Shown: positions 13,377 to 28,129 of the stretch, piece after piece
Layout: every line of letters begins with the position of its first letter
How positions within the stretch are numbered: position 1 is the first letter of the stretch
Source of the DNA: Eledone cirrhosa
Taxonomy: Eukaryota
NCBI GenBank assembly: GCA_964016885.1
Contig: OZ024740.1
Span: forward strand, 53,010,001-53,074,000
DNA: 64,000 bases
Direction: 5' to 3'
Position numbers and translations under genes: made by a program
The notes under the pieces: model-generated
What the model was told of the DNA's origin: nothing
Seen by the model: the letters and a program-made list of their open reading frames with translations, nothing else
The model's database searches: none

Positions 13377-13421
13377 GCTCTGACGAATCCTACGGTTACG
13401 TAAGGAAGAAACATTGTAAGC
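13377..13421 (+). ncRNA. Type I hammerhead ribozyme (Penelope-type stub)
   Basis: GCT CTGACGA A TCCT-ACG GTTA CGT-A-AGGA A GAAA C ATT G TA AGC, followed by AATAAA. Confidence 0.75.
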
Positions 13422-14679
13422 CAATAAAAATCTTTTGATGTTGTAGACGCTCTTGTGTTCTTTTTCATATATATATATATATATATATTTCGTTTCTGAA
13501 TTTGTTTAGCAAGATTCTTTATCTGAAAACGTGTGTTGAAACCGATATTGTTATACTTTGGGAGGGTCATGTTGCCAATAAGAAACACACGCACCAGTTG
13601 CTTTCACTTCAATTTATTATAATAAATTTATAAATTTAGGAATTTGTAAATTTCCGGTTGGTTGGTTGGTTCCACAACCAGATGATTGTTTATATATTGT
13701 CAAAGTTCTTTTGTCACACATTCTGTGACCTCTTCAGTGACTGGGGATTCTTTTCTTTGTTTTTGTGCCTCTCCTTTGTTCTATCCTACGCCATCTTGTT
13801 TTTGTGTGGGTGTTGTGTGCTTAGTTTGCGCATGTGTTACATCCGGGTGTCTGTGTGTGTTTATATTCGTTTATTTATTTGTTTATTTACATGTTACTGG
13901 TTGGTTGTTTGTTCTATGTGCGTGTGTGTTTTCATTTTGTCCTTAATTGTAAGTTGTGATGTTGCTGTTCCATTCATGTTTTCTATTTAATTTTGGTTGG
14001 AGTTCATTTATGTTTATTGCCTCTGTGATTTGTCTAAACATTGCGTCTTTTCTGTGTGTAGATTCTATTTTTATTTCTATGTTCTCTAATTTACCCTTAT
14101 GTTCTATTTTAGCATGTTGGTAGACTACAGATGATTCTTAAAGGTCTCGCCAGTGTTCATTTATCCGTTCCTCTATACTACGAGCTGTCTCACCTATGTA
14201 CACTATATTTTTATCTCTACATTGTCCTTCAGTACATCTTATGCTGTATACTACATTTCTAGTTTTACAGTTAATATGGGGGCTTAATTTACAGATTATA
14301 CATTTCTTATCTATACGGGGAGGTCTTTGAAAAGGGTATGTATTGCTAATAAGTGTTTTTATGGAGGTACCTGGTCTTTCTACTATCTTAATATTGAGTT
14401 TATGTTTATCTAGGGCCCTTCTAAATTTGTAAGCTAATTCACCTCTAGGGGTTGTATCGATTAACATTACACTCTGGTATTTATTGCTATCATACCATGA
14501 GTTTATTCTATTAGCCTTATTCCTAGTTCTTTCTATTCTATTCCAAAATTTGCTCCTATACAAGGGGCAGGTCCCATTTGTGTCATTATTTACCATTTTC
14601 TCCCATTTGGTTCTGGCTCGTCTATATACTCTGATTTTATCTCTCTCATACGCCCCATCATTGAAATGTCCCCATATGT

Positions 14680-16397
14680 ATGTGAAAGCACGGAGGACCT
14701 CCTCAGCAGAATCGGCGAGAGTAACCGAACTAGGGACCTAACAAACTGCATAATAGGTAGTATGGATGTTGTGTCCCTGTATCCATCTATTGACGTGGAT
14801 TTTGTTGTGGAGAAATGCCTAGAAATGATCAGTGAGAGCAATGTTGAATTCCGTGGGATTGATACCAGTGAGCTGGGACTCCTAATTAACTTACCTATAG
14901 TAATAATTATCTAGATACATATGGCCTTAGCAACCTGTGCCCTACAAGACCAGCAAGAGGCAGACCACCTACCATTACCTCAATGGCCAAGAAAACCCAC
15001 ACAGATAGATGGAACGGGTGGACCAGAGCCATACGGACCCCGAAAACCACGATGAACTAAAGAAAATGATTGCACATGCGGTGGGGCCAGCATAAAATTA
15101 ACCCTTAAGGACCATATGTTCAAATTTAATGGAAAAACATATGCCCAAGAGGAGGGAGCAGCCATTGGTGTTAGCATTGCAGGCGACATAGCTAACCTAT
15201 TCATGGTATGGTGGGACAGTAGACTTAAACTTAAACTTAAAGAACAATTAGAAGACACCCCTTAACCCTGATAATGTACTCTCGCTACGTTGATGATATA
15301 AACATCGTAGTTAAGACACCCCCACTAGAGAACAGTCAGGAACTAGAGAAAAACACAATGGAAAGCATCCAGCAATTAGCTAACTCCATCCACCAGACTA
15401 CCCAAGCAAACACCCCAACCATCGATTACCTGTACTAGACACAGAGCTCTGGTTAGATACCATTAATAACAAAAAACAAATCCTCCATTCCCATTATGCC
15501 AAACCCATGACTTCCAAATATCTGATCCACCGAAGCTCAGCTGTTTCGGACCATACCAAAATCAACATACTGATTGCGGATTTGGTACGAATGATGAGAA
15601 ACGTGCCCCGCATGTGCAACTCCAAAGAACTAGAGAGACACATACAACACTTCATCCACCCTATGCAGTTCTCTGGTAACAATGAGAGAGATAAAATCAG
15701 AGTATATAGAGGAGCCAGAACGAAATGGGTAAAAATGGTAAATAATGACACAAATGGGACCTGCCCCATCTATAGGAGCAACTTTTGGAATAGAATAGAA
15801 ATAACTAGGAATAAGGCTAATAGAATAAACTCATGTTATGATAGTAATAAATACCAGAGTGTAATGTTCATCGATACAACCCTTAGAGGTGAATTAGCTT
15901 ACTAATTTAGAAGGGCCCTAGATAAACATAAACTCAATATTAAGATAGTAGAAAGACCAGGTAGCTCCATAAAAACACTTATTAGCAATACATACCCTTT
16001 TCAAAGACCTCCCTGTATAGATAAGAAATGTATAATCTGTAAATTAAGCCCCCATATTAACTGTAAAACTAGAAATGTAGTATATAGCATAGGATGTACT
16101 GAAGGACAATGTAGAGATAAAAATATAGTGTACATAGGTGAGACAGCTCGTAGTATAGGGCAACGGATAAATGAACACTGGCGAGACCTTCAAGATAGTA
16201 AAGAATCATCTGTACTCTACCAACATGCTAAAATAGAACATAAGGGTAAATTAGAGAACATAGAAATAAAAATAGAATCTACAAACAGAAAAGACGCAAT
16301 ATTTAGACAAATCACAGAGGCAATAAACATAAATGAACTCCAACCAAAATTAAATAGAAAACATGAATGGAACAGCAACATCACAACTTACAATTAA
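14680..16397 (+). pseudogene. Disrupted Penelope RT/GIY-YIG ORF
   Basis: Collinear ORF pieces 14666-14914, 15507-15905, 16128-16397. Confidence 0.85.
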
Positions 16398-16598
16398 GGA
16401 CAAAATGAAAACACACACGCACATAGAACAAACAACCAACCAGTAACATGTAAATAAACAAATAAATAAACGAATATAAACACACACAGACACCCGGATG
16501 TAACACATGCGCAAACTAAGCACACAACACCCACACAAAAACAAGATGGCATAGGACAGAACAAAGGAGAGGTGCAAAAACAAAGAAAAGAATCCCCA

Positions 16599-16641
16599 GT
16601 CACTGAAGAGGTCACAGAATGTGTGACGAAAGAACTTTGAC
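16599..16641 (+). ncRNA. Type I hammerhead ribozyme in a Penelope pLTR
   Basis: GTCA CTGAAGA G GTCACA GAATG TGTGAC GAAA G AA C TT TGAC: intact core, stem I GTCA/TGAC. Confidence 0.8.
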
Positions 16642-16787
16642 AATATATAAACAATCATCTGGTTGTGGAACCAACCAACCAACCGGAAATTTACAAATTC
16701 CTAAATTTATAAATTTATTATAATAAATTGAAGTGAAAGCAACTGGTGCGTGTGTTTCTTATTGGCAACATGACCCTCCCAAAGTAT

Positions 16788-16844
<57 letters not shown>

Positions 16845-17555
16845 CACACACACACACACGCAGACATATATATATAGTTAAATCACACTCACACATGTAT
16901 GTTTGCGTCAATGTGATTAAATTCACATACAGAGTCGGATCAGATAACACAAAGCAACCCGACCGACAATTTCATTAATCCACTGCTTTTCGACTGATAC
17001 TTCATTTACTCTCCTTGAAAGGATAAAAGGCAAATTTGATCTCGGCGTGATCTGAACCTTGAACACAATGAGCTGGCACAAATCTGAAGCATTAAATTCA
17101 AACTTTCTAACGATTATTCCAATATACTGCCTAGAACGGATTGAACGCAGGATTTTGAGATTGGAAAAAGAATTTCTCCCTAATTCTATCAAAAAAAAGC
17201 CTCTTGCTTCAAATAAAGTGATACTTTGCGGTATGTTTTCAGACCATTTGTCGCCTAAGTTCGTCAAGCTACGTCGCTACTGCCAAGCTATTTCAGCCTT
17301 TGCTTTGGGCAACATCTGGATCCTGGAGAAGAGAGACATCATATATGGTCAAATGCTGATTTTTCACAAAAGCCTTGCCTGGACATGCTCTTTGGAGATG
17401 AATATTTCATATATATATATATATATGAAAAAACAAAACAAAAAAATTATAGGTTCATACTCAACTCTTCATTATCTTTTCTCCTCATATATACGTACAC
17501 ACACACACACACGCACACACACACACACACGCCCACACACACGCACGCACACACA

Positions 17556-17615
<60 letters not shown>

Positions 17616-17660
17616 CACACACACACACGCCCACACACACGCCCACACACACGCACGCAC

Positions 17661-17723
<63 letters not shown>

Positions 17724-17774
17724 CACGCGCCCACACACACGCCCACACACACGCACGCACACACACACACACAC

Positions 17775-17834
<60 letters not shown>

Positions 17835-17995
17835 TATTAATCAAATTATCTTTTAGTTTAACACCAACTCTTCAGTATACAGGGTAGAGCACTCAACAAA
17901 GTCCACAAGAGGGTCTGTTAAATCCGGAGTAAATTTATAAATTTATAAGTCAACATTTCATAATTGGCTTCTTTCATTACCGTTAAATATATACA

Positions 17996-18215
17996 TATTT
18001 CGTTTCTGAATTTGTTTAGCAAGATTCTTTATCTGAAAACGTGTGTTGAAACCAATATTGTTATGCTTTGGGAGGGTCATGTTGCCAATAAGAAACACAC
18101 GCACCAGTTGCTTTCACTCCAATTTATTATAAATTTAATTTATAATAAATTGGAGTGAATGCAAGTGGTGCGTGTGTTTCTTATTGGCAACATGACCCTC
18201 CCAAAGCATAACAAT
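17996..18215. mobile_element. Hairpin-shaped pLTR stub of the 13486-16795 family
   Basis: Matches 13486-13625; near-perfect inverted repeat centred at ~18135. Confidence 0.8.
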
Positions 18216-18245
18216 ATATATATATATATATGGTTCGTAGAATCG

Positions 18246-18342
18246 AGGCGTATCTGAGGACCTTGCGATTTCAGAGTCAGGTTCGATCATTATATCGATC
18301 GTGCCTCGTGCTGGTCGTCAGAGAAACGATTGTAATATGTCT
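18246..18342 (+). ncRNA. Type I hammerhead ribozyme with long stem-II insertion
   Basis: AGGCGTAT CTGAGGA [~62 nt] GAAA C GATT G TA ATATGTCT (8-bp stem I with 2 GU pairs), then AATAAA. Confidence 0.6.
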
Positions 18343-18384
18343 AATAAATTTTATTCGTCGCAACACTGATTCTCCGTTTATTAT

Positions 18385-18428
<44 letters not shown>

Positions 18429-18471
18429 AAAGGTAAACAGAAAAAACAACACAATCGGTACAGTATATGGC

Positions 18472-18544
<73 letters not shown>

Positions 18545-18770
18545 ATTGGAAAAACAAACACTAGGCGTGAAGAAAAGAAAATATTAAAGAATTCTATCAA
18601 AAGTTCATTCTTTAACATGTTTCAATACAATATAAGTCTACATAGTGCTGATTGCATATTAATATTATTATAATGGGCATAATAATGATTTCTAGTATAG
18701 GCACAGGGCAGTAATTTAAGGGGAGGGGAAAGCCGATAAATCGACCCCAGTACATTACCGCGAATAATAA

Positions 18771-19155
18771 TAATTGTTTCTACTTTTGGCACAAGGCCAG
18801 CAATTACCCAGGGCATTACTGGTACTTTATTTTATCGACCCCGTAAGGTTGAAAGGCAAAGTTAACCTCGGCGGGATTTGAACTCAGAATGGCAAGGGCC
18901 GTAACTATGTGTCAAAGCATGGCGTTCGACCCTTTACCGATACTGCCAATCCACCGCCAATAATAATAATAATTGTTTCTACTTTTGTTACAAGGCCAGC
19001 AATTACCCAGTGCATTACTGGTACTTTATTTTATCGACCCAGTAAGGATGAAAGGCAAAGTTTAACCCCGGCGGGATTTGAACTCAGAATGGCAAGGGTC
19101 GTAACTCTATGCGTCAAAGCATGGCGTCCGACCCTCAACCAATACTGCCAATCCT
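18771..19155 (-). mobile_element. Two tandem family A SINEs
   Basis: Copies 18771-18958 and 18969-19155; a further 3' fragment lies at ~18680-18755. Confidence 0.85.
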
Positions 19156-19649
19156 GTACCCTACGAAATATAATGTTAATAAGTTATTTACAGAAAGAGG
19201 GCTTTGTTTTAGTTTAAACAGAGAAAGAATATTTACAACAAAGGCGAAAATGTCTGTGTCTGCTTGCAAATCTATGGGCACTTAAATCCTTTTGGCTGCA
19301 TACTACCAAGTCATGGGCGATTATAAGTGATGGCTAAGCTTTTAGGTATTAAGTATGAAAATGTTATTGGTAAGAAAATATATGTTTTAATACAAGGTAA
19401 AAATAACTAATTAAATCTTAATTTGAATAATTATTTTAGAAGATCATTTTACATGTGTTACATTGTTATTAGTTATGTATATGTTATAAATTACGCAAAT
19501 ATAAATTCTATCTTAATGTAAGTTCTATAAAATTCTGCGAATGTGCAGGCAATTAAGTATTTAACGGAAAATCATATGAATAATTAAGTTCTATAAAATA
19601 AGATTTCCATTATTATGAACGAGAACATGATAACAAACATTAATTGGTT

Positions 19650-19815
19650 TAATTTTGGCACAAGGCCAGCAATTATTCCAGTGTATTACTGGTACTTTAT
19701 TTTATCGACCCTGTAAGGATGAAATGCAAAGTTAACCTCGGCGGGATCTGAACTAATACCGTAAAGGGCCGTAACTCTTTGATGCAAAGCATGGCGTCCG
19801 ACACTCTACCCATAC
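19650..19815 (-). mobile_element. Family A SINE
   Basis: Matches consensus. Confidence 0.8.
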
Positions 19816-19918
19816 TACAAACATTAATATTGTATATTATGTCACTTCCCAACATGTATTCTCTTACCTTGATTTTTGTTACAATGAAACTTGTTTAGGC
19901 TAGGTTTTTCAGCTAATG

Positions 19919-19996
<78 letters not shown>

Positions 19997-20153
19997 TGTG
20001 TATGTGTGTGTGTGTGTGTGTGTGTGAATGTATGTATGTATATTTATAAATATGATGTATATATATATGTTTATATATATATGTATATATATAAATTTTT
20101 ATTATTATTATAATAAAGTTTTGTTTATGGAATATATCATGTAAATATATATA

Positions 20154-21751
<1,598 letters not shown>

Positions 21752-22021
21752 CATATATATTAAATGTATATATTGAGTTAGGAACTCAAAAGAGTCTCTT
21801 ACAACAAAATAGCTCTCAGAAAGAGATATTTCTGAGCCATATATTATAATAGAACATAAAAGAAAAGCAAACACAGATATATAGATCTATATGTTCAAAT
21901 CGTAAGGGACCAGATTCGCTAAGGTGAAAAGAATACTAACTATAGACAGTTTGGTTCGCTTGTCTCAATTTAAGAAAAAATTAAGAAAATAAATACAAAC
22001 CGGAAATGTGGTAACTACCAA

Positions 22022-22055
<34 letters not shown>

Positions 22056-22414
22056 TAGATAGATCGATAGATAGATAGATATATTTATATATATATTTAT
22101 ATTTTTGCAAAAAGTAAACAGATATAACTAACGAAACGACACAGTACAATTAATAAATATATTAGATTTTGCTTGATATAGTAGAAGAGTCTTCACATCT
22201 CGGACTCTAGTCTTTTATCAGAAAATAGAATGAGAAATTAAAGAAGAAATAAAAAGATAAAGGAGAATGAGCAGGGGCAGAAACGAAAAAAAAAAAAAAA
22301 TCTTCGAGTTCTGTACATATCGCTATATATATATATATATATATATATGTATGCATATAATTATAATATATAGATATATTTATATGTATGTATGTTTGTA
22401 TGTATGTACGTATG

Positions 22415-22639
22415 TCGGGTCAACTTGACTGCTACTGGTAACATGTAAACCCAGTACAACTTGTGGCAGGTCGGGTCGTCGGTGACTAACCCGGCAACCT
22501 CGCCAAGTTTACTTGATGAGGAGGGTGGTTTTGGACACCCTGCAGGACAAAAAAAAACCTGACAAAGGGCGGAAGAACTCATAAGAGTCAATGGCCATCC
22601 AAAAATGTCTAAATATGTATATACATGTATGCATGTGTA

Positions 22640-22731
<92 letters not shown>

Positions 22732-23035
22732 CATGTGTATGCATGTGTATGTATATGCGCGGGGACATAGAAATAATTGGACTGGATTCACGATCGCGTG
22801 GTTAAACTACTGGAAGTGAAGGACCCCTAGCCTTTGTCAGGGCATTCTTCTAGGAGAAGGCAACTCAGGAAACTGGGATAACACCGACATAAATCCGGCG
22901 GCTCAGTAGTTACCGATAATGTTGACCTTTTCTTCTTTTCGGGGTATAGCAACTGTCGCTCAGAGAGTGGGATTGGTTCCGTGCACAGTCTTTCCTTACT
23001 TAAAAAAATTTTCACGCACAGGCATTGCACGATAG
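22415..23035 (+). mobile_element. 5' region of an RTE-related element, split by a TA array
   Basis: 22430-22605 and 22815-23030 are diverged homologues of 33251-33632. Confidence 0.7.
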
Positions 23036-23055
23036 CATTAATTGATAATTATTAA

Positions 23056-23233
23056 TAATTGTTTCTACTTTAGGCAATTACCCAGTGTATTACTGGTACT
23101 TTATTTTATCGACCCCGTAAGGATGAAAGGCAAAGTCAACCTCGGCGGGATTTGAACTCAGAATGACAAGGGCCGTAACTCTATGCGTCAACGCATGGTG
23201 TCCGACCCTCTACCGATACTGCCAATCCACCGA
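23056..23233 (-). mobile_element. Family A SINE
   Basis: Matches consensus. Confidence 0.85.
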
Positions 23234-23672
23234 TAATTATTAATAATGTTATATCGTGCAATGGCCATACTCGATAACGAGGGGGCAGCCATGTATGTAT
23301 TTATGTATGTATGTATGTATGTATGTATGTATGTATGTATGTATGTATGTATGTATGTATGTATGTATGTATGTATGCATGTATGTATGTATCTATCTAT
23401 CTATCTATGTATCTATCTAAACACCTGTGGCTAATAAAGAAACATATCTATCTATTTATTTATCTATCTACGTATATCTATATATACATGCACATATATA
23501 TGATAATTTACCTCACGATAAACGGGTATTAAGTTCTTGTTTTTTTTGTTTTTGGCTATTTATTCCAGCACACACACCCATACACAGGAAACACATAATA
23601 AAAAACAGATCTCTCACTCTCCCTCCGCCACACACACACAATCTATTCCCAACTCTCTATCTCCCTATCTCT

Positions 23673-23777
<105 letters not shown>

Positions 23778-23817
23778 TGCGTTATGGTCCATCTGGTTCC
23801 TTACCATAACTCCTCCG

Positions 23818-23891
<74 letters not shown>

Positions 23892-23926
23892 AGGTTATAG
23901 TTCACTTGAAGCATTGTGTAATGAGG

Positions 23927-24323
23927 TATAAACGTTTGTATATGTATAATAAAGCCAAACAATGCAGGTATGGACATAGAATAAAGAATGCAAATGCAAA
24001 AGATATTGTTGACAATTAGTCTTTTACCTTAGATTTATTTAAATGTCCTTAATTTTCGAGATAATATCTCTTCTGTTCAGATACTCTTCTGTTCAGATAC
24101 TCTATACCATTTCCTGTCAGCATGACTTGGCAAGCTATTTAGAACACTGGTTTAACCGCTTTACCACCCTCCGAAAAAGAGATATTATCTCGAAAATTAA
24201 GGACATTTAAATAAATGTAAGGCAAAAGACTAATTGTCAACAATATCTTTTGCATTTGCATTCTTTATTCTATGTCCATACCTGCTTTGTTTTGGCTTTA
24301 TTATACATATACAAACGTTTATA
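23927..24323. repeat. ~145-bp inverted repeat; Penelope-type stub with a decayed hammerhead
   Basis: 23927-24072 is the reverse complement of 24178-24323; CCT CCGAAAA A GAGAT ATT ATCTC GAAA A T TA AGG at 24168-24202. Confidence 0.75.
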
Positions 24324-24529
24324 TATATATATATATATATAGTAATAATAATAAAATTGAAGACTAAAATCCAAAGAGGGCTCGATAAGGAAAATATATA
24401 TCAAATATATAAGAACCGTAGAGCAAATATTTATTAAAATAACAGATTAAAGTTTAAGCAAAGAATCGCTGCTTTCACCCTTAACGGGATCTTCTGAAAC
24501 TAACAAAGTCAATTTGTAGAAATATTCAG

Positions 24530-26673
24530 ATGTTGTTTCTGCATGATGAATATAAGTCAGTAGAGTGCTCAACAAAGAACATACCCGTACCAAGCAGGAA
24601 AACATACCTAAAACTCCTGATACAGAAAACAGACGCGTTCATTAAAAGGTTGCGTTGGCGTGCCTTTTATTTCGATAATCCGCGAAAAGCAGACAACAAA
24701 CAGGATAAATTTGGATTTAAAACTTATAATAACCCTCCGTGGAACCCAGCATTGCTACCCTTCGAAAATGATGTCTTGGAACTCATTCGGAATATCAAAT
24801 TTCGGAATAGGAGCAATTCCTTCCAGCAAGACCTGAAGAATAGAATTCGTTCTATTAAGGATTCTAACGCCGTGCACGTCCATTCCGACAAAACTGGCAA
24901 CCTATATCAAGTGGAGCGCAGTACTTACCATCAACTACTACATAATGCTGTAACTAAGGATTACCGTAAAACTAATCGGTGCGTCATCAATGAAATCAAC
25001 GATGCTGGGTTTAAAATCACATCTGATCTCAACATCCTGGACCGGACCGAACCTCTGGACCCTATCTCTCCCCACTTTACCCTGAAGGATCACAAATCCA
25101 ATTTTCCGAACAACCCCTCTATTCGGCTTATTAACCCTACGAAGTCCGATTTAGGTAGACTTAGTAAAACGATTCTTGATAGAATTATACCTGAAATTAG
25201 AAGTTTGGCCCCTCTCGCACTGTGGAACAATTCTTTCGCGGTGATTGATTGGTTCAACGGCATATGTAACAAGGAACATTGCCGTTTTATCCAATTCGAC
25301 ATCAACAATTACTACTCCTCCATCACTCTACCACTTCTCCTTAGAGCTATCAATTTCGCTAAAACACTCACAGTGGTTAAGGATTTTGAAGTTGATGTCA
25401 TCGTTAATGCCCGAAAGTCGGTGATTAATTTCGACGACTCTATTTGGATTAAAAAATCCAATAGTACCCTATCCGACGTGAGTATGGGCGCCAGTGACTC
25501 TGCGGAGGTTACTGATCTTATTGGCCTTTTCCTTCTTTTCTCTATCAAGGACGAATTCCCCAACGCGGGCGGTGGTTTGTACCGTGACGATGGTCTTTGA
25601 CCATGACTAAGTGCGGACCTCGTGCTTGCGACAGATTCAGAAAAGAACTCGCAGCCTTCTTTAAAGGCTTCAACCTTTCTATACAGGTTGAGGCCAATCT
25701 CTCGGTCGTTAATTACCTCGACGTTACCCTCAATTTATTGAATGGGTTGTATTACCCGTATAGAAAGCCGAATGATACGCTTAATTACATAAGTAAGCAT
25801 TCCAATCATCCTGCCAGCATAACCAAGAACCTGGTAAGAAACGTTTCGTTGAGGCTTTCCCGTCTTTCCACCAACGAGCGCATTTTCAACGACCATTCCA
25901 CTTATTACAATGAAGCCCTTGCTCGAAGTGGATTTGTCGATAAGGTAGCATATACAGAGTACGAAAATAGACCTAGAAGAAATAGATCCCGTCGCATTTG
26001 TTGGTTTAACCCACCATATAATATGGAGGTGGCCACACCATTAGCTAAGATCTTTCTTTCCCTTATTACGAAGCATTTCCCCCCTACACATAAATATAGT
26101 AAAATTTTTAATAGAAATACTATTAACATTTCCTACTCTACGACTCCTAACCTTGCACATAACATCACAGCTTCAAATTTAGCTAAACTACCTAGCCGTA
26201 GGAACACATGCAACCCTGTAGTTAGTACTAACTGTAATTGTAGGAATCGGGCTGATTGCCCCCTATCCGGGAAATGCCTCTCTAGTAACATTGTCTACAA
26301 ACGTAAGGTTGTAACACCCGCGTCCCGTAGGGCCTACATAGGGTTAACCGCCAATAGTTTCAAGCAGCGTCTTTACATGCACACCCATTCTTTTCGTTAC
26401 CCTCTTAGAAGGAATATGACGTCACTTTCAGCTTATATCTGGAGTCTAAAAGACAACCACACCCAATATAAGTTACACTGGGAGATCCTAGCTAGGGCTA
26501 GATCGTATAACGGAAATAAAAGACCATGTGACCTCTGCGCCGCTGAGGCCCTGGAAATACTCTACGCTACAGACCACATCTTAAACAAAAAATCTGAGGC
26601 AATTTCGGCTTGTAAACATAAATTGCACAAAACTTTCCTGTATTACAGCCCCACGTTATACCCTAACGGATAG
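24530..26673 (+). pseudogene. Penelope RT-GIY-YIG protein with a single frameshift at ~25598
   Basis: FGFK, DKTGNLY, TLKDHK..RLINP, QFDINNYY, MGASDSAEV, GLYRDDGL | NYLDVTL, SNHP, WFNPPY, CNCRNRADCPLSGKC, NIVYK..YIGLT..FKQR, CDLCAAE. Confidence 0.92.
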
Positions 26674-27601
26674 CACGTTCTATACGTGGATATTTTACGT
26701 CTTGATGTGGGAGCTAAGTATATGTTTTGTTTATTCCTTTACTTATTTGCATAGGTAAGTATATATTACCCGTATGTTTTGTGAAGGTATGTATACCTTC
26801 TCGTACGTATATTTGACTGTTATAGCGTATAATGTTTACATATTCTGGTATTTAGGGTTTGGCTATGTGTATACGGGAGTTTTGCGTCCGCGTGAGTGTG
26901 CAGGTTCGTACGTATGGTGGGTGTGTGTATATGTGTACTTCTTGTTTTCGTTGACTTACGTCTCCGAACATTCGTGTATTTATATGTAGGTATGCGTGTG
27001 CGTTTGTTATATACGTATTTATTTACTTATATACGTTTATATAATTATTTATTTATTTGTACACAAGCATACACACACACACATATTTATATGTGCGTGG
27101 TTTTGTATACCCATGGTAAGGTTTTGCGTATGCTTGTGTATGTACGTATCTGTTTGCGTGTATGTATTTATTTGTTTCTATTACTTCTGTATTGTATTTA
27201 TTTACTTTGTTCTTAACTCTGTAGCGGAGATTCATTTGGTCTCCTAGTTAGAATTTTAGTCTACGATTTCTGCTATACCATTTACGTGATTTTGTCTTTG
27301 CGTGCTATTGTTCTCCACGCTCCACATATGACTTATTATCTTCGTTTTTCCGTTCATTGCCAGAGAACGTCTCTATGCACCACCTAAGAGAACATTAGTC
27401 TACGACCTCTTTTATACCATAAACGTGGTTTTGTCTTTGCGCGTAATTGTTTTTCACCGCTCCTATTAATGACGTATTATTCATTTTTTCCCGTTCTTTG
27501 CCAGCGAACGTTACCACGAACCAAAGTATCGTCTTCCTGTCTTCCTCCGGTTGCAACGTTTTTTGAAATATCCAGTTCTGCGTTTACAGATTGACTTTGT
27601 T

Positions 27602-27652
27602 AGTTTCAGAAGATCCCGTTAAGGGTGAAAGCAGCGATTCTTTGCTTAAACT
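27602..27652 (+). ncRNA. Type I hammerhead variant with CAGAAGA core (mirror copy 24451-24501, -)
   Basis: AGTTT CAGAAGA T CCC GTTAA GGG T GAAA GCAG CGATTCT TTGC TT AAACT. Confidence 0.65.
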
Positions 27653-27759
27653 TTAATCTGTTATTTTAATAAATATTTGCTCTACGGTTCTTATATATTT
27701 GATATATATATATCCTTATCGAGCCCTCTTTGAATTTTAGTCTTCAAATTTATTATTAT

Positions 27760-27796
<37 letters not shown>

Positions 27797-27799
<3 letters not shown>

Positions 27800-28018
27800 T
27801 GGCTGCCAACTCGTTTTCGAGTACGGCCACTACTTTATATCCATGTAGGAGAACCCCTACCGATGCACTGAACGAGTGTGACTTTTTAGTCCAGCCAGCG
27901 ACTTGAAAACTCTGGTACAAACACTACACTTGTGACAATTACTGACACATAGTGCTGGGCCCATGGTACCATGTGACGACAAGTGCCGAGAGATCTCCAG
28001 ATATAAAGCAATGCCTGT
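27797..28018 (-). mobile_element. 5'-truncated copy of the bipartite RTE-derived element
   Basis: Reverse complement of ~33622-33843. Confidence 0.85.
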
Positions 28019-28037
28019 ATATACACGTATATACATA

Positions 28038-28129
<92 letters not shown>

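Larger units (their letters stand above)
13486..16795 (+). mobile_element. 5'-truncated Penelope-like element (non-Naiad) with ~1.1-kb inverted 3' segment
   Basis: RT IGSMDVVSLYPSID, GAAIGVSIAGDIANLFMVWWD, YSRYVDDINIV; GIY-YIG NVVYSI..YIGETARS..RINEH. 13545-14649 is the reverse complement of 15682-16795. Confidence 0.9.
24335..27765 (+). mobile_element. Naiad-type Penelope-like element with inverted 5' pLTR
   Basis: 24335-24515 is the reverse complement of 27590-27765; RT and GIY-YIG ORFs inside; two ~140-bp tandem units at 27256-27512. Confidence 0.92.

Noticed and set aside
17230-17350. Exon-like segment with acceptor-like sites on both strands
   Set aside because: Stops in all minus frames, no recognisable protein and no convincing donor.
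25590-25612. TGA after GLYRDDGL as selenocysteine read-through (some Naiads encode selenoproteins)
   Set aside because: Homology continues in another frame (TMTKCGPRACDRFRKEL), so this is a frameshift; no SECIS recognised.
27256-27512. Tandem units as a CRISPR-like array (also 54430-54600)
   Set aside because: Only two units, no unique spacers, eukaryotic TE context.
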